This document shows positions 17,755 through 27,774 of a stretch of DNA of 64,000 bases, piece by piece. The notes beneath the pieces are model-generated. The model made no database searches. It was not told where the DNA came from and saw nothing but the letters and a program-made list of their open reading frames with translations. Position 1 is the stretch's first letter; each line of letters begins with the position of its first letter. The translations under genes and the position numbers were made by a program. The stretch comes from an uncultured Bacteroidales bacterium (lineage in GTDB: Bacteria; Bacteroidota; Bacteroidia; Bacteroidales; B18-G4): the NCBI GenBank assembly GCA_963753055.1, contig CAVWAP010000004.1, positions 832,479-896,478 of the forward strand, written 5' to 3'.

Positions 17755-18777
17755 ATGTCAAACGAAGCATTATTTGGAAAAACATTATCAGAATTGACAG
17801 CTGTTGTTGCTGATCTCGGTATGCCTAAGTATACTGCAAGACAAATAGCTGAGTGGATGTATATAAAAAATGTCGACTCCTTTGATGAAATGAGCAATTT
17901 GTCGAAACAGAACAGGCAGCTGCTTATTGACAAATACAACATAGGCTTGGCCGAGCCTACAAAAGTTCAGATCTCCTCCGATGGCACCAAAAAATACCTC
18001 TTCTCCACCATTGGAGGAGCGTTTATAGAAGCTGCTTATATACCTGAGGGCAAGAGAAATACACTTTGCATATCATCCCAGGTGGGATGTAAGATGGGCT
18101 GTCTGTTTTGTATGACCGGAAAACAGGGCTTCCAGGGAAACCTGAGTGCTGGTGAGATCATCAACCAGATCCGGAACCTGCCGGAAAGGGATCAATTGAC
18201 CAATATCGTATTCATGGGTATGGGCGAACCTCTTGATAACACTGAAGAAGTACTCAAAAGCCTGGAGATTCTTACGGCAGACTGGGGCCTGGGCATGAGC
18301 CCTAAAAGGATCACGGTGTCAAGCATCGGCATTATTCCGGCAATGAAGAGTTTTATTGAACAGAGCCCCTGCCACCTGGCAATAAGCATGCATACTCCTT
18401 TTGATGATGAGCGGAGTAAATTAATGCCTATTGAGCATGTTTATCCCTTGAAAGAGATCATCAAAGTATTGAAATCATATGAATTTGGCCGGCAAAGGCG
18501 GGTTTCATTTGAATATATAATGTTTGCCGGGCTCAATGATACCAAAAGGCATGTCAATGAGCTTGTCCGTATCCTTCATGGCCTCAAATGCAGGATCAAC
18601 CTGATCCGCTTCCATCCCATCCCTGACACACCACTTAAGGGTTCAGACGAGCAGACCATTACAGCGTTCAAAGATGCCCTGAATGCAAAAGGTATTACCA
18701 CCACTATCCGTGCATCAAGAGGGGAAGATATCCTTGCAGCCTGTGGTTTGCTGAGCACCAAGGAGTTGAAGCTTTAA
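17755..18777 (+). CDS. rlmN: 23S rRNA/tRNA (adenine-C2)-methyltransferase, radical SAM
   Basis: 340 aa. CKMGCLFCMTG (CxxxCxxC), GMGEPL, and the C-terminal conserved Cys in ILAACGLL. Confidence 0.9.
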   Translation: MSNEALFGKTLSELTAVVADLGMPKYTARQIAEWMYIKNVDSFDEMSNLSKQNRQLLIDKYNIGLAEPTKVQISSDGTKKYLFSTIGGAFIEAAYIPEGKRNTLCISSQVGCKMGCLFCMTGKQGFQGNLSAGEIINQIRNLPERDQLTNIVFMGMGEPLDNTEEVLKSLEILTADWGLGMSPKRITVSSIGIIPAMKSFIEQSPCHLAISMHTPFDDERSKLMPIEHVYPLKEIIKVLKSYEFGRQRRVSFEYIMFAGLNDTKRHVNELVRILHGLKCRINLIRFHPIPDTPLKGSDEQTITAFKDALNAKGITTTIRASRGEDILAACGLLSTKELKL

Positions 18778-18875
18778 GAGATACAGGTTCAGGCTACAGG
18801 CTACAGGTTGCAGGCTTGCCCTTGCGAAGGCAGGGACTATGAATTACTGGTCACTGTTCAGTGATCACTGGTCAC
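18778..18875. repeat. 14-unit heptad array with embedded palindromic core copy 2
   Basis: GAGATAC AGGTTCA GGCTACA GGCTACA GGTTGCA GGCTTGC CCTTGCG AAGGCAG GGACTAT GAATTAC TGGTCAC TGTTCAG TGATCAC TGGTCAC. Begins right after the rlmN TAA (18775-18777). The last unit holds the TCA (18872-18874) stop of the convergent gene. Hairpin CCTTGC-GAAG-GCAGGG at 18820-18835. Confidence 0.85.
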
Positions 18876-19795
18876 TCTTCTTTAACATACCCAAACCTGT
18901 ATGCAACACCCAAACCGAATGCTTCTTTGAACTGAGTCCTTGGACCTGTATTTCCGTCCTTGTCGGTAACCATAACATCATGATCATAGATAAGGTTAGT
19001 CATAAGGTTTGCTGTCAGCCAGTTATTGATCTTAAAGTCGATGATCAGATCCCATTTAATATCTATGTTCTGCGGGTCTTCCAGGTAGTTGGAAAATAAT
19101 TCAAGATAGGTCCATAAGACAACATTCTTTACAACCTCTTTCTTAAACATTGCTTTAATCGAAGCACCAAACTCATGCCTGGTCGTGCTGGCATTCTCAA
19201 TAACATTCCCATTCTCATCTAATTTTGCTGGATCAAGTCCATACATGCCAAGATTAGCCAGTGATTGATTGGCTACAATGGTTAGTTTATAGGCGATGGG
19301 AGACAGGGATACATAAAAATTATCGTTTGGCTGATAAGTCATACCCAGGCCAGCAAGCAGATATCCCGGTGCCAGCAGGTCTGAAACAAGACTGTCGTCA
19401 ACATCTGCATCATATCCTGGAGCGAATTGTGTGTTGAAAGATAAGTTAGCACTATAATACCATTTCTTTACGGCATTATATCCGTAATTGGACATGAGGT
19501 CAAATCTATCCTGTGTCTTCTCCATAGGATCTTTACCAATTTTCTGCATGCCATATGCAGCGGTCAGGAAATTGTTCCACACATTCTTGCCTTTTGCATA
19601 GTCGGCAAAGGCGTTGAAGGTACCTACTCCGGAATAAGAGTTCTTCCCGCCTGCAGCCCAGTTGGTAAATGAAACCTGTGAAAAAGTGAGGGCAATATCG
19701 CCTCCTATCTTCCAGGGCTTTAAGGTATCAGCATCCTGCGCAAGCATACTTATAGATAAGAAACTTGCTATGACAATAAGTAAAAGTTTTTTCAT
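18872..19795 (-). CDS. outer-membrane beta-barrel protein, DUF3078-like
   Basis: 307 aa. Signal MKKLLLIVIASFLSISMLAQ. Motif SQVSFTNWAAGGKNS. Alternating beta-strand pattern, aromatic-rich C-terminus. Confidence 0.6.
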   Translation of the reverse strand: MKKLLLIVIASFLSISMLAQDADTLKPWKIGGDIALTFSQVSFTNWAAGGKNSYSGVGTFNAFADYAKGKNVWNNFLTAAYGMQKIGKDPMEKTQDRFDLMSNYGYNAVKKWYYSANLSFNTQFAPGYDADVDDSLVSDLLAPGYLLAGLGMTYQPNDNFYVSLSPIAYKLTIVANQSLANLGMYGLDPAKLDENGNVIENASTTRHEFGASIKAMFKKEVVKNVVLWTYLELFSNYLEDPQNIDIKWDLIIDFKINNWLTANLMTNLIYDHDVMVTDKDGNTGPRTQFKEAFGLGVAYRFGYVKEE

Positions 19796-19880
19796 AATCC
19801 GTTCATTTTATATTATGGGTGTTTATCGAAAAATTTTCAAAAATGCAAATATATGAATATGAAATATAATAAAGAACAAG

Positions 19881-20957
19881 CTATTGATTGTAATAGATAA
19901 TAATGTCGACAGCTCCTACTCCAAACTTTGCCAGTGAGGCACTTTGATGCTCAAGCTTTTCATAAGCTTTCATCTCCTCAATGATGGCGTCTTTCAAGGT
20001 GCCATTTCCTACTCCATGTATGAAAGTTACCTTCCTCAACCCATTTTTCATGGCATTTTCAAGACATTTCGTAAAATGATTGATTTGAACCTGTAGCATA
20101 TCATGTGGAGACAGGTCTGTCAGATCATCCACCACCTGTCCAATATGCAGGTCAACAACCGCTTCATCACGACTGGTCATGTACTTGTCGATCAGCTGCT
20201 CTTCTTTTGGCTGAACAGCTTTTTGCTTGATAGGCTGAGGCGCTTCTGTACTTGGCTTCTCCTGCTTAAGCTCTTGAATTATAGGTTTTTCGGTGATCTT
20301 GACGATCAGTGATTTATCGGGTAAAAGAAATGATTCCTGATATTGTGAATCATTGGCAAACCTGGAGGATTTAATACTGAAGTCTGAACTCACCGGTGGC
20401 AATAGCTGAGAAGGCTGGTCATTATGGAATAATACCTGCACAGCCCCCTGGTTCCAGCGACGAATATGATCATGGTCTATCGTCTCAACCAGGTATTTCG
20501 AGTAGGGCTGCAAGGAGCCATAATCTATACCTTCGTATTTTTTGCCTTCGGCCTCTTTAATAAATATACTGAAGAGGATATCCGTTTTGGTATAGTTTAT
20601 TAAGTAAATATCCAACATCCCTGTTACCAGCCATCTCTGATCATGAGGATGATAAGCAAGGTAAATGCCTTCTTCCTGGGTGCCCTGTTTGCCGGCTCTT
20701 TCCAGCTTACTGGTCCTGATACCACTTTCATCAATAGTCTCACTAAGTTCCTGTGATAATTCAACATTGAAATCTTCCCTGAACATATCGCTTGTATGAC
20801 CATCGCTTTCAATCCTGATAAGTTCACTGGTCAATACCGGGATGTCAAACCCTTCCTCAATGCTCACGTTGACCATGCTGGTGCTGATGATCTTACATAC
20901 GATCCCTCCGCCGGGCTCATTTAAAAACTTTACTTTGTCTCCAACCTTGAATTTCAT
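19881..20957 (-). CDS. Smr-domain protein (DUF2027 + Smr architecture)
   Basis: 358 aa. C-terminal VVDLHIGQ...LRKVTFIHGVGNGTLKDAI resembles the Smr/MutS2 C-terminal nuclease domain. Confidence 0.6.
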   Translation of the reverse strand: MKFKVGDKVKFLNEPGGGIVCKIISTSMVNVSIEEGFDIPVLTSELIRIESDGHTSDMFREDFNVELSQELSETIDESGIRTSKLERAGKQGTQEEGIYLAYHPHDQRWLVTGMLDIYLINYTKTDILFSIFIKEAEGKKYEGIDYGSLQPYSKYLVETIDHDHIRRWNQGAVQVLFHNDQPSQLLPPVSSDFSIKSSRFANDSQYQESFLLPDKSLIVKITEKPIIQELKQEKPSTEAPQPIKQKAVQPKEEQLIDKYMTSRDEAVVDLHIGQVVDDLTDLSPHDMLQVQINHFTKCLENAMKNGLRKVTFIHGVGNGTLKDAIIEEMKAYEKLEHQSASLAKFGVGAVDIIIYYNQ

Positions 20958-21086
20958 TACTGAAGTTTGGGCAAAAATACCACATTATTATTGATTTCTA
21001 ACCTATTTAGAAACCTGTATAAATTATATATCTAATAAAAATAAATATAAAAAATGAGTAGTTTTGTTTATCAAACCATTTTACTT

Positions 21087-23195
21087 ATGAAAAGGATTGC
21101 TTTAATAATCATGAGCCTGTCCTGTTTTATTATTACTTATGCCCAGGTTGATAAAGAATTGGATACATTAATTAGCCTGAAAAGTGTTGAAATCAGGGGG
21201 ATTGCAGGTGAAGAACCGCCTTACCAGGTTGAGACTATCCAGCAGAAATTAATTAAATCAGAGCCGGCCAAGGATATAGGGATATTGTTACGGCAAATTC
21301 CTAACGTTTCTGGGATCAGAAAGGGTGGAATAGGTATTGATCCGGTTGTCAGGGGATTCAAATACAGTCAGATAAATACCCAGGTCAACAATGGAATGAA
21401 AATAGAAGGGGGTTGCCCCAACAGGATGGACCCTACCGTTGCACACGTTGATGTTGATGATATCCAAAAACTTGAAGTTATAAAAGGCCCGTTTGCACTG
21501 AAGTACGGACCAGTTCTGGGATCTGTGGTCAATATCAAAACCATACAACCCATGCCGCATGAAAAGTTCAAGGTTAATGTTAAGGGTTTATTTGGCTATG
21601 AAAGCAACTGGAATGGGATGAAACAACATTTATCAGTTTATGGTGGCAACAAAGCAGTGTATTTCTCCCTGTCCGGAAACTATAAGAAGTATGGTAATTA
21701 CACTGCCGGGAACGACATCCTTGTAAAATCAGAATTTACCAGGTATAACTGGACCGCTAACCTTGGGATATCTCCGGCTAAAGGCCATCATATCCTGCTT
21801 AGCTACGATGACTCGCATGGCAGGGATGTGATGTATCCTGCATTACCAATGGATGAAAGAAAAGATGATACCCGCCTGTTGTCGGTAGATTATAAAATTG
21901 ATAAGATATCGAACACATTCAGGAACTTTAGCGTAAAGTTTTACCATTCAGATGTTAACCATGAAATGGACAACAAGAACAGGCCATTCTCTGATACGGT
22001 AGTGGCTGTATCAGAGATCCATGCAGTCAATGCTGGCTACAGGATCGAAACAATGATGAATTTTGGCGAAAATAATATCTGGATTGGGAGTGACTTTGAG
22101 GATATTTCAAAGGATGGTGATCGTGTGAAAACAAAAATTCTTGAACCCACTATGCCCGTGATGGGTGAGAAACTCTGGAATGATGCAAAGATCAATAACC
22201 TTGGTTTTTTCGCTCAATATGACAGAAGATTCAATCGTATTGATTTTGTTGCTGTGGCCCGGCTGGACCTGAATTCAGCAACATCAAACGACCTCCTGTT
22301 AAAAAGGCAAGAGAATACACTTTACTCCAATACAGATGTTGAATCACAGCATACCAACCTGAGCCTGAGTGCTTCTGGGACATATAACTTCAATAAAAGA
22401 TGGTCGCTTGGACTTACCCTTGGCAGGGGGGTTAGGAGCCCTGATATGACTGAGAGATATATTATACTATTGCCCGTTGGTTATGATCCTTATGATTACC
22501 TGGGTAATCCCATGCTTGATCCGGAAGCTAATAATGAAGTTGATTTAAAAACTATTTATAGGAATGAAAATGTTGGTGGTTTTGAAGCGGTGGTTTTCTT
22601 TTCTTATTTACAGAACTTTATCCTGGGCAAATACGTACCACCTTCAGAAGTCAAACCACAGACAAAAGGAGTTCTGGGGGTTAAGAAATTTTATAATGAA
22701 GATTATGTATTCCTGTCTGGAATTGAATTTGCTTACATGAGCCCGGCAAAATATAAATGGGGACTGAATGCCACTGTGGCTTATACTGCCGGAGTTAATC
22801 CTGATGCAGAGGGACTTGTATTTGAGGATGGTGAAGTCGTCGATAAGGAAAAAATAAAGAATGATCCTCTGCCTGAAATCCCACCTTTTGAGGGTAATTT
22901 TGCTTTTAACTATAAGTTCCTGGATGCCAGGCTGGTCCCGGAGATTGCCCTTCGATTGGTGGCCGCGCAAAACAGGGTTTCCCAGGCTTATCATGAAACA
23001 AAATCACCTGGTTTTACAACAATGGATATAAAGATTACATATCACTTTAATAAATACCTGGATATTTTCGCCGGTGTTAGCAACCTGTTCAACAAAGCAT
23101 ACTATGAACATCTAAACAGGCGGATTATTGGAACAAATCAGAATTTATATGAGCCCGGCAGAGTGTTCTATATAAACCTCGTTTTTAATATTTAA
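21087..23195 (+). CDS. TonB-dependent outer-membrane receptor (MbnT-like position)
   Basis: The ATG at 21087 gives MKRIALIIMSLSCFIITYAQ. Plug-domain motifs (IEVIKGPFALKYGP). C-terminal ...VFYINLVFNI ending in a hydrophobic OMP signature. Confidence 0.85.
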   Translation: MKRIALIIMSLSCFIITYAQVDKELDTLISLKSVEIRGIAGEEPPYQVETIQQKLIKSEPAKDIGILLRQIPNVSGIRKGGIGIDPVVRGFKYSQINTQVNNGMKIEGGCPNRMDPTVAHVDVDDIQKLEVIKGPFALKYGPVLGSVVNIKTIQPMPHEKFKVNVKGLFGYESNWNGMKQHLSVYGGNKAVYFSLSGNYKKYGNYTAGNDILVKSEFTRYNWTANLGISPAKGHHILLSYDDSHGRDVMYPALPMDERKDDTRLLSVDYKIDKISNTFRNFSVKFYHSDVNHEMDNKNRPFSDTVVAVSEIHAVNAGYRIETMMNFGENNIWIGSDFEDISKDGDRVKTKILEPTMPVMGEKLWNDAKINNLGFFAQYDRRFNRIDFVAVARLDLNSATSNDLLLKRQENTLYSNTDVESQHTNLSLSASGTYNFNKRWSLGLTLGRGVRSPDMTERYIILLPVGYDPYDYLGNPMLDPEANNEVDLKTIYRNENVGGFEAVVFFSYLQNFILGKYVPPSEVKPQTKGVLGVKKFYNEDYVFLSGIEFAYMSPAKYKWGLNATVAYTAGVNPDAEGLVFEDGEVVDKEKIKNDPLPEIPPFEGNFAFNYKFLDARLVPEIALRLVAAQNRVSQAYHETKSPGFTTMDIKITYHFNKYLDIFAGVSNLFNKAYYEHLNRRIIGTNQNLYEPGRVFYINLVFNI

Positions 23196-23205
23196 ATAAC
23201 ATATA

Positions 23206-23565
23206 ATGAAGAAATTCTGGATTCTTTTATCAATAATAATCCCCCTGCTTGCCTGTGAGAAAGAAGAGGAAGTAAGCGTAGAGTATCTTGTGTCCAATAA
23301 CTCATCTGGGTTCCTGGTTAATTATTTAAATGAGAATGGTAACCTGATCACTGAGGCAGTAGATAATAATAGTGCACAGGACAGATGGTCTTACTCATTT
23401 AAAACTGACAGGGGGAATATTGTTTTTATCTCGGCCATTTACACGGAAGTCAATGATGGGATCAAGGTGACATTAATAATTGATGGAAAGACCTTTAAGC
23501 AAGGATCCAGCAGTAATGATACAATAAATTATGTCACTGTCTCAGGCACTGTTCCGTATAAATGA
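23206..23565 (+). CDS. small hypothetical lipoprotein
   Basis: 119 aa. MKKFWILLSIIIPLLAC lipobox followed by acidic residues. Confidence 0.45.
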   Translation: MKKFWILLSIIIPLLACEKEEEVSVEYLVSNNSSGFLVNYLNENGNLITEAVDNNSAQDRWSYSFKTDRGNIVFISAIYTEVNDGIKVTLIIDGKTFKQGSSSNDTINYVTVSGTVPYK

Positions 23566-23602
23566 CAGCTGGAAGCAACCAGTTATTAATTTTTGATGTC
23601 TG

Positions 23603-24412
23603 ATGTTTATGATGCGCAAAATCTTCTCCTGGTTATCATTGCTAATCTTGTTCTTTTCCATTGTCTTAATTTCTTGTGAGAAAGCAGAAGACAATGAGGA
23701 AGACCCATATGGTAATATCAAATTCACATTCCTTCACAAGGTTGATGGCACACCGCTGGAAGTTGATATTATGCAATACGTGAATGCAGCCGGAAATCAG
23801 TATATGGTTAATGAAATTCAATATTTTATTTCTAATGTGACATTACACAGACCCGATGGAAGCACATTCATAATTAATGATTTCAAGGACATTCATTATA
23901 TTGATACTGACCTGGAAGGAACCTGGTCATGGCAGGTGTTTGATCATATACCCACCGGCAATTATTCATCCATTTCGTTCACTTACGGAATAGGTGAGGA
24001 TAAGAATCATTCATTAATGTATGTTAACCCGCCGGAATCATTTATGTTTTGGCCGGAGTATCTTGGAGGAGGCTACCATTATATGAAACTTAATGGAAAA
24101 TGGTTGAATAGTGACCAGCAGATTTCCCCCTTTAATTTTCATCTGGGTATTGGCCAGATTTACGATTCTACCGGGCAAATAACAGGGTTTATCCATAATA
24201 ATTTTGAAGTCAGTTTGCCCCAATCATCATTTATTATCAATGAAAAACAGTGGACAGATATTGATATCGTCATGAACATTGAGAAATGGTTTAAGTCTCC
24301 CCATGCTTATGATCATAATGTCTGGGGGGGTGATATTATGCAGACACAGGAGGCAATGAAAATTGCCTGTGAAAATGGGCATGATGTTTTCACTGTAAAT
24401 ATCCTGGAATAG
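23603..24412 (+). CDS. MbnP-like lipoprotein (putative copper-binding partner of MbnH)
   Basis: 269 aa. Lipobox ...VLISC. GNIKFTFLHKVDGTPLEVD...IQYFISNVTLHRPDGS resembles the Bacteroidota MbnP family. Stop is 1 nt before the peroxidase start. Confidence 0.55.
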   Translation: MFMMRKIFSWLSLLILFFSIVLISCEKAEDNEEDPYGNIKFTFLHKVDGTPLEVDIMQYVNAAGNQYMVNEIQYFISNVTLHRPDGSTFIINDFKDIHYIDTDLEGTWSWQVFDHIPTGNYSSISFTYGIGEDKNHSLMYVNPPESFMFWPEYLGGGYHYMKLNGKWLNSDQQISPFNFHLGIGQIYDSTGQITGFIHNNFEVSLPQSSFIINEKQWTDIDIVMNIEKWFKSPHAYDHNVWGGDIMQTQEAMKIACENGHDVFTVNILE

Positions 24413-24413
24413 C

Positions 24414-25580
24414 ATGAGGATCTATCAACATAGCTATCGGTTTGGCGCTCTCCTGGTGGTAATGGCAGGGCTGCTTTTATTGTTTTCATGCAAGAAAGAA
24501 GACAGCGAGATCGTGAGTGAATACAAGGCCAGGCCTTATGATATTGAAATCCCGTTTGGTTTCCCCACTAAAATGAACATACCGTCAGATAACCCCATGA
24601 CGATTGAAGGTGTGGAACTGGGAAGATACTTGTTTTACGATGGAAGATTATCCGGTCGCACTCACCCGGATTCCCTGATGAGCTGTGCAACCTGCCATAT
24701 TCAGGAAAATTCATTTGAATGTGGCATCGACCACCCGGTCTACCAGGGTGGGATTACACATGGCCTGACAGGGATACCAACGCATCATGTGATGCTACCG
24801 CTGGTCAACCTTGTTTGGAATCATACAGGATACCTATGGAACGGCAAATTATATCCGGATAACCCGGAAAGTTACTATAGAAATATTGAAGACCTTGTTT
24901 GGATGGGCGTTGTGGCTCCTCATGAAATGGCAGGGGATACGAACCGGGTAAAAGCATTATTCCAGACCATCCCGGGCTATCCCAAGTTGTTTCAGCATGC
25001 TTTTGGATCAGATCAGATCACCATGAAAAATATTAGCCGGGCCATTGCCCAATTCATTCGGACTTTGATCTCAGGTAATGCTAAATTTGACAAGTACATG
25101 CGAGGGGAGGTTCAGCTAAGTGGTTCAGAGTTAAATGGATTTGTGCTTTTTACTACTGAAGAAGGGGCAGATTGCTTCCATTGTCATGGTGGTTATGGTA
25201 ATCCATTATTCACTACAAATCTCTTTTATAATAATGGCAAGGACACCATCTTTGATGACCCCTTAGACAGGTATTCCATCACTGGAGATCCTAATAACAA
25301 AGGTGCTTACAAAGCCACAACACTAAGAAATATTGAACTCACCGGCCCGTACATGCATGATGGACGATTCCAGACCCTGGAAGAAGTGATTGAATTTTAC
25401 AACCAGGGACTGCTATGGTCACCCCAGATTGATCCCCTGATGCATCATATAAATGACGGCGGAACACAGCTTACCGCCCTGGAAAAAGCTGACCTGATTG
25501 CGTTTATCAAGACCTTGCGGGATGATGATTTTCTAAGCAATCCGGATTTCGCAAAACCAGAGAAATTCCCGGATGAATAG
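24414..25580 (+). CDS. di-haem cytochrome c peroxidase, MbnH/MauG-like
   Basis: 388 aa. CATCH and CFHCH haem motifs, PYMHDGRF motif, lipoprotein-like leader ...LLLFSC. Confidence 0.8.
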   Translation: MRIYQHSYRFGALLVVMAGLLLLFSCKKEDSEIVSEYKARPYDIEIPFGFPTKMNIPSDNPMTIEGVELGRYLFYDGRLSGRTHPDSLMSCATCHIQENSFECGIDHPVYQGGITHGLTGIPTHHVMLPLVNLVWNHTGYLWNGKLYPDNPESYYRNIEDLVWMGVVAPHEMAGDTNRVKALFQTIPGYPKLFQHAFGSDQITMKNISRAIAQFIRTLISGNAKFDKYMRGEVQLSGSELNGFVLFTTEEGADCFHCHGGYGNPLFTTNLFYNNGKDTIFDDPLDRYSITGDPNNKGAYKATTLRNIELTGPYMHDGRFQTLEEVIEFYNQGLLWSPQIDPLMHHINDGGTQLTALEKADLIAFIKTLRDDDFLSNPDFAKPEKFPDE

Positions 25581-25604
25581 CGTATAGCTTCCTGTTTTCC
25601 TTTC

Positions 25605-27728
25605 TTAGAACTTAGGTGTCACACCTAAGTTCTGAAAAACAAACGCCCACATATCCGTAGCTTCATCGATTCTTTTGGAAGTTGGCTTGCCCGCTCCGTG
25701 CCCTGCTTTAGTTTCAATCCTTACCAGCACAGGGTTATCCCCGACGTGATTCTCCTGTAATGTTGCCATGAACTTAAAAGTATGTGCAGGTACCACCCGG
25801 TCATCATGATCGGCAGTGAATGCAAGTGTTGCGGGGTATGCCACACCTTCCTTGATATTATGAAGAGGAGAGTAACCATATAGATAGTTGAACATATCTG
25901 CGTCATCCTCGCTTGTTCCATAATCAGCAGCCCAGGCCCAGCCAATAGTAAACTTATGGTAACGAAGCATATCCATTACTCCGACAAATGGCAAGGCAAC
26001 CTTAAACAATTCAGGACGCTGGGTCATGCAGGCGCCTACCAGCAATCCGCCATTTGAACCACCCATGATGCCTATCTTCTCACTGGATGTATACTTGTTA
26101 TCAATCAGATATTCTGCTGCAGCAATGAAGTCGTCGAAAACATTCTGCTTTTGCTGCAATATTCCAGCTTCGTGCCAATCTTCACCATATTCACCTCCAC
26201 CACGAATATTAGCCACAGCCCATATACCTCCATTTTCAAGTAAAATAAGCCTGCTAACATTAAAGCTAGGTGTTATGCTTATATCGAATCCTCCATATCC
26301 ATAAAGCAATGTTGGATTATTTCCATTCATTTCGATGCCTTTTTTATGTACGATGAACAGAGGAATTTTGGTGCCATCTTTACTGTTGTAGAACACCTGT
26401 TTTGTCTCAAAATCATCAGCATTAAAGTCGATCTCGGCATCCCTGTAGATGGTTGAGGCATTTGTTTTCAAATCAAATTTATAAATCACGGTTGGGAAGG
26501 TGAATGAAGTGAAACCGTAAAAAGCAATATTATCACCCTTCTCACTGCTGAAGCCGGCCAGGGTACCCAGGGTAGGTAATTCAATGTCCTTGGCATACTC
26601 CCCTTTTATCGTGTACAATTGTGCTACGCTATGAGCATCTTTCATGTACTCTGCCATGATCATGTCACCTATCAGGCGAACACCATCAAGGACTTCTTCT
26701 TTCTCGGGAATGAGGACTTTCCAGTTTTCCTTCTCAGGCTTCTTTGTGTCAACCATGAAAAGTTGATTCTTCGGTGCTCCGTCATTGGTATTGAGCAGCA
26801 ACTTGTCACCGATATTATCCACAACTCCATAATCATGGTCAAACCCTTCCGCCAGTAAAGTAAATTCTGATTCTTTCTTTTCCAAATCCTTAAAGTACAA
26901 TGAATTGCCACTCGTTGATTCGGATTCATAGAGAAGCAGGAATCGTTCATCTTCTGTCGTGCCGGCATAATAATTTCTCAAAGGGAATTCCGGGTTTTCA
27001 TACACAAGAATATCTTCATCCTGCGCAGTACCGATCTTATGGTAATATAGCTTATGGTTTTCATTCTTATCGCTAAGCTCCTCACCCTCGGCGGGTGGGT
27101 CATAGCTTCCATAATAAAAGCCATCATCTTTCCATGAAATACCTGAGAATTTCACCCATTTGATATGATCATCAAGGTTTTCTCCGGTTTCCAGGTCCAT
27201 GACAAAGATTTCATTCCAATCAGAACCTGCCCTTGCAATCTTATAGGCAAAGTACTTTCCATCCTTTGAAATATCTGTACCGGAAAGGGCAACAGTACCA
27301 TCTTCACTTAGGGAGTTGGGATCAAGCAGTACTCTCGGTTCTGCCTCAAGATCATCCATGATGTATAATACGCTTTGATTTTGCAGCCCGTCATTTTTAT
27401 AAAACAGGTAGTGGTTGCCATCTTTGTAAGGAACACCATGCTTGGGATAATTCCAGATTTTTGTAAGGCGTTCTCGCAACTGGTCGCGGAATGGGATCTT
27501 TGCAAGGTAGGCTTCTGTTACAGCATTTTCTGCTGTAACCCATTCTGCTGTTTCGTCAGCATTGTCATCTTCAAGCCAACGATATGGATCTGCGACGCTC
27601 GTCCCAAAATAATCGTCTACCTGATCAACTTTCTTGGCCACAGGATAATTGATTGTGGCCTTTTCCTCAGTACACCCCATTGTAATCATAATTGTTGCAA
27701 CGATAAGTAATGTGAGATACTTTTTCAT
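25605..27728 (-). CDS. prolyl oligopeptidase (S9A)
   Basis: 707 aa. Lipoprotein-type leader, beta-propeller N-half, catalytic GGSNGG serine motif, C-terminal ...GHGAGKPT. Confidence 0.9.
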   Translation of the reverse strand: MKKYLTLLIVATIMITMGCTEEKATINYPVAKKVDQVDDYFGTSVADPYRWLEDDNADETAEWVTAENAVTEAYLAKIPFRDQLRERLTKIWNYPKHGVPYKDGNHYLFYKNDGLQNQSVLYIMDDLEAEPRVLLDPNSLSEDGTVALSGTDISKDGKYFAYKIARAGSDWNEIFVMDLETGENLDDHIKWVKFSGISWKDDGFYYGSYDPPAEGEELSDKNENHKLYYHKIGTAQDEDILVYENPEFPLRNYYAGTTEDERFLLLYESESTSGNSLYFKDLEKKESEFTLLAEGFDHDYGVVDNIGDKLLLNTNDGAPKNQLFMVDTKKPEKENWKVLIPEKEEVLDGVRLIGDMIMAEYMKDAHSVAQLYTIKGEYAKDIELPTLGTLAGFSSEKGDNIAFYGFTSFTFPTVIYKFDLKTNASTIYRDAEIDFNADDFETKQVFYNSKDGTKIPLFIVHKKGIEMNGNNPTLLYGYGGFDISITPSFNVSRLILLENGGIWAVANIRGGGEYGEDWHEAGILQQKQNVFDDFIAAAEYLIDNKYTSSEKIGIMGGSNGGLLVGACMTQRPELFKVALPFVGVMDMLRYHKFTIGWAWAADYGTSEDDADMFNYLYGYSPLHNIKEGVAYPATLAFTADHDDRVVPAHTFKFMATLQENHVGDNPVLVRIETKAGHGAGKPTSKRIDEATDMWAFVFQNLGVTPKF
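25607..25633 (+). terminator. perfect 12-bp hairpin overlapping the last codons of the prolyl oligopeptidase gene
   Basis: AGAACTTAGGTG (25607-25618) / TCA / CACCTAAGTTCT (25622-25633). Lies 27 nt downstream of the convergent MbnH-like stop. No flanking U-tract, so terminator function is uncertain. Confidence 0.4.
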
Positions 27729-27774
27729 TTTTTTTTGATTTACGTTAATAAATAAATATTATAGTGTGTTTATG

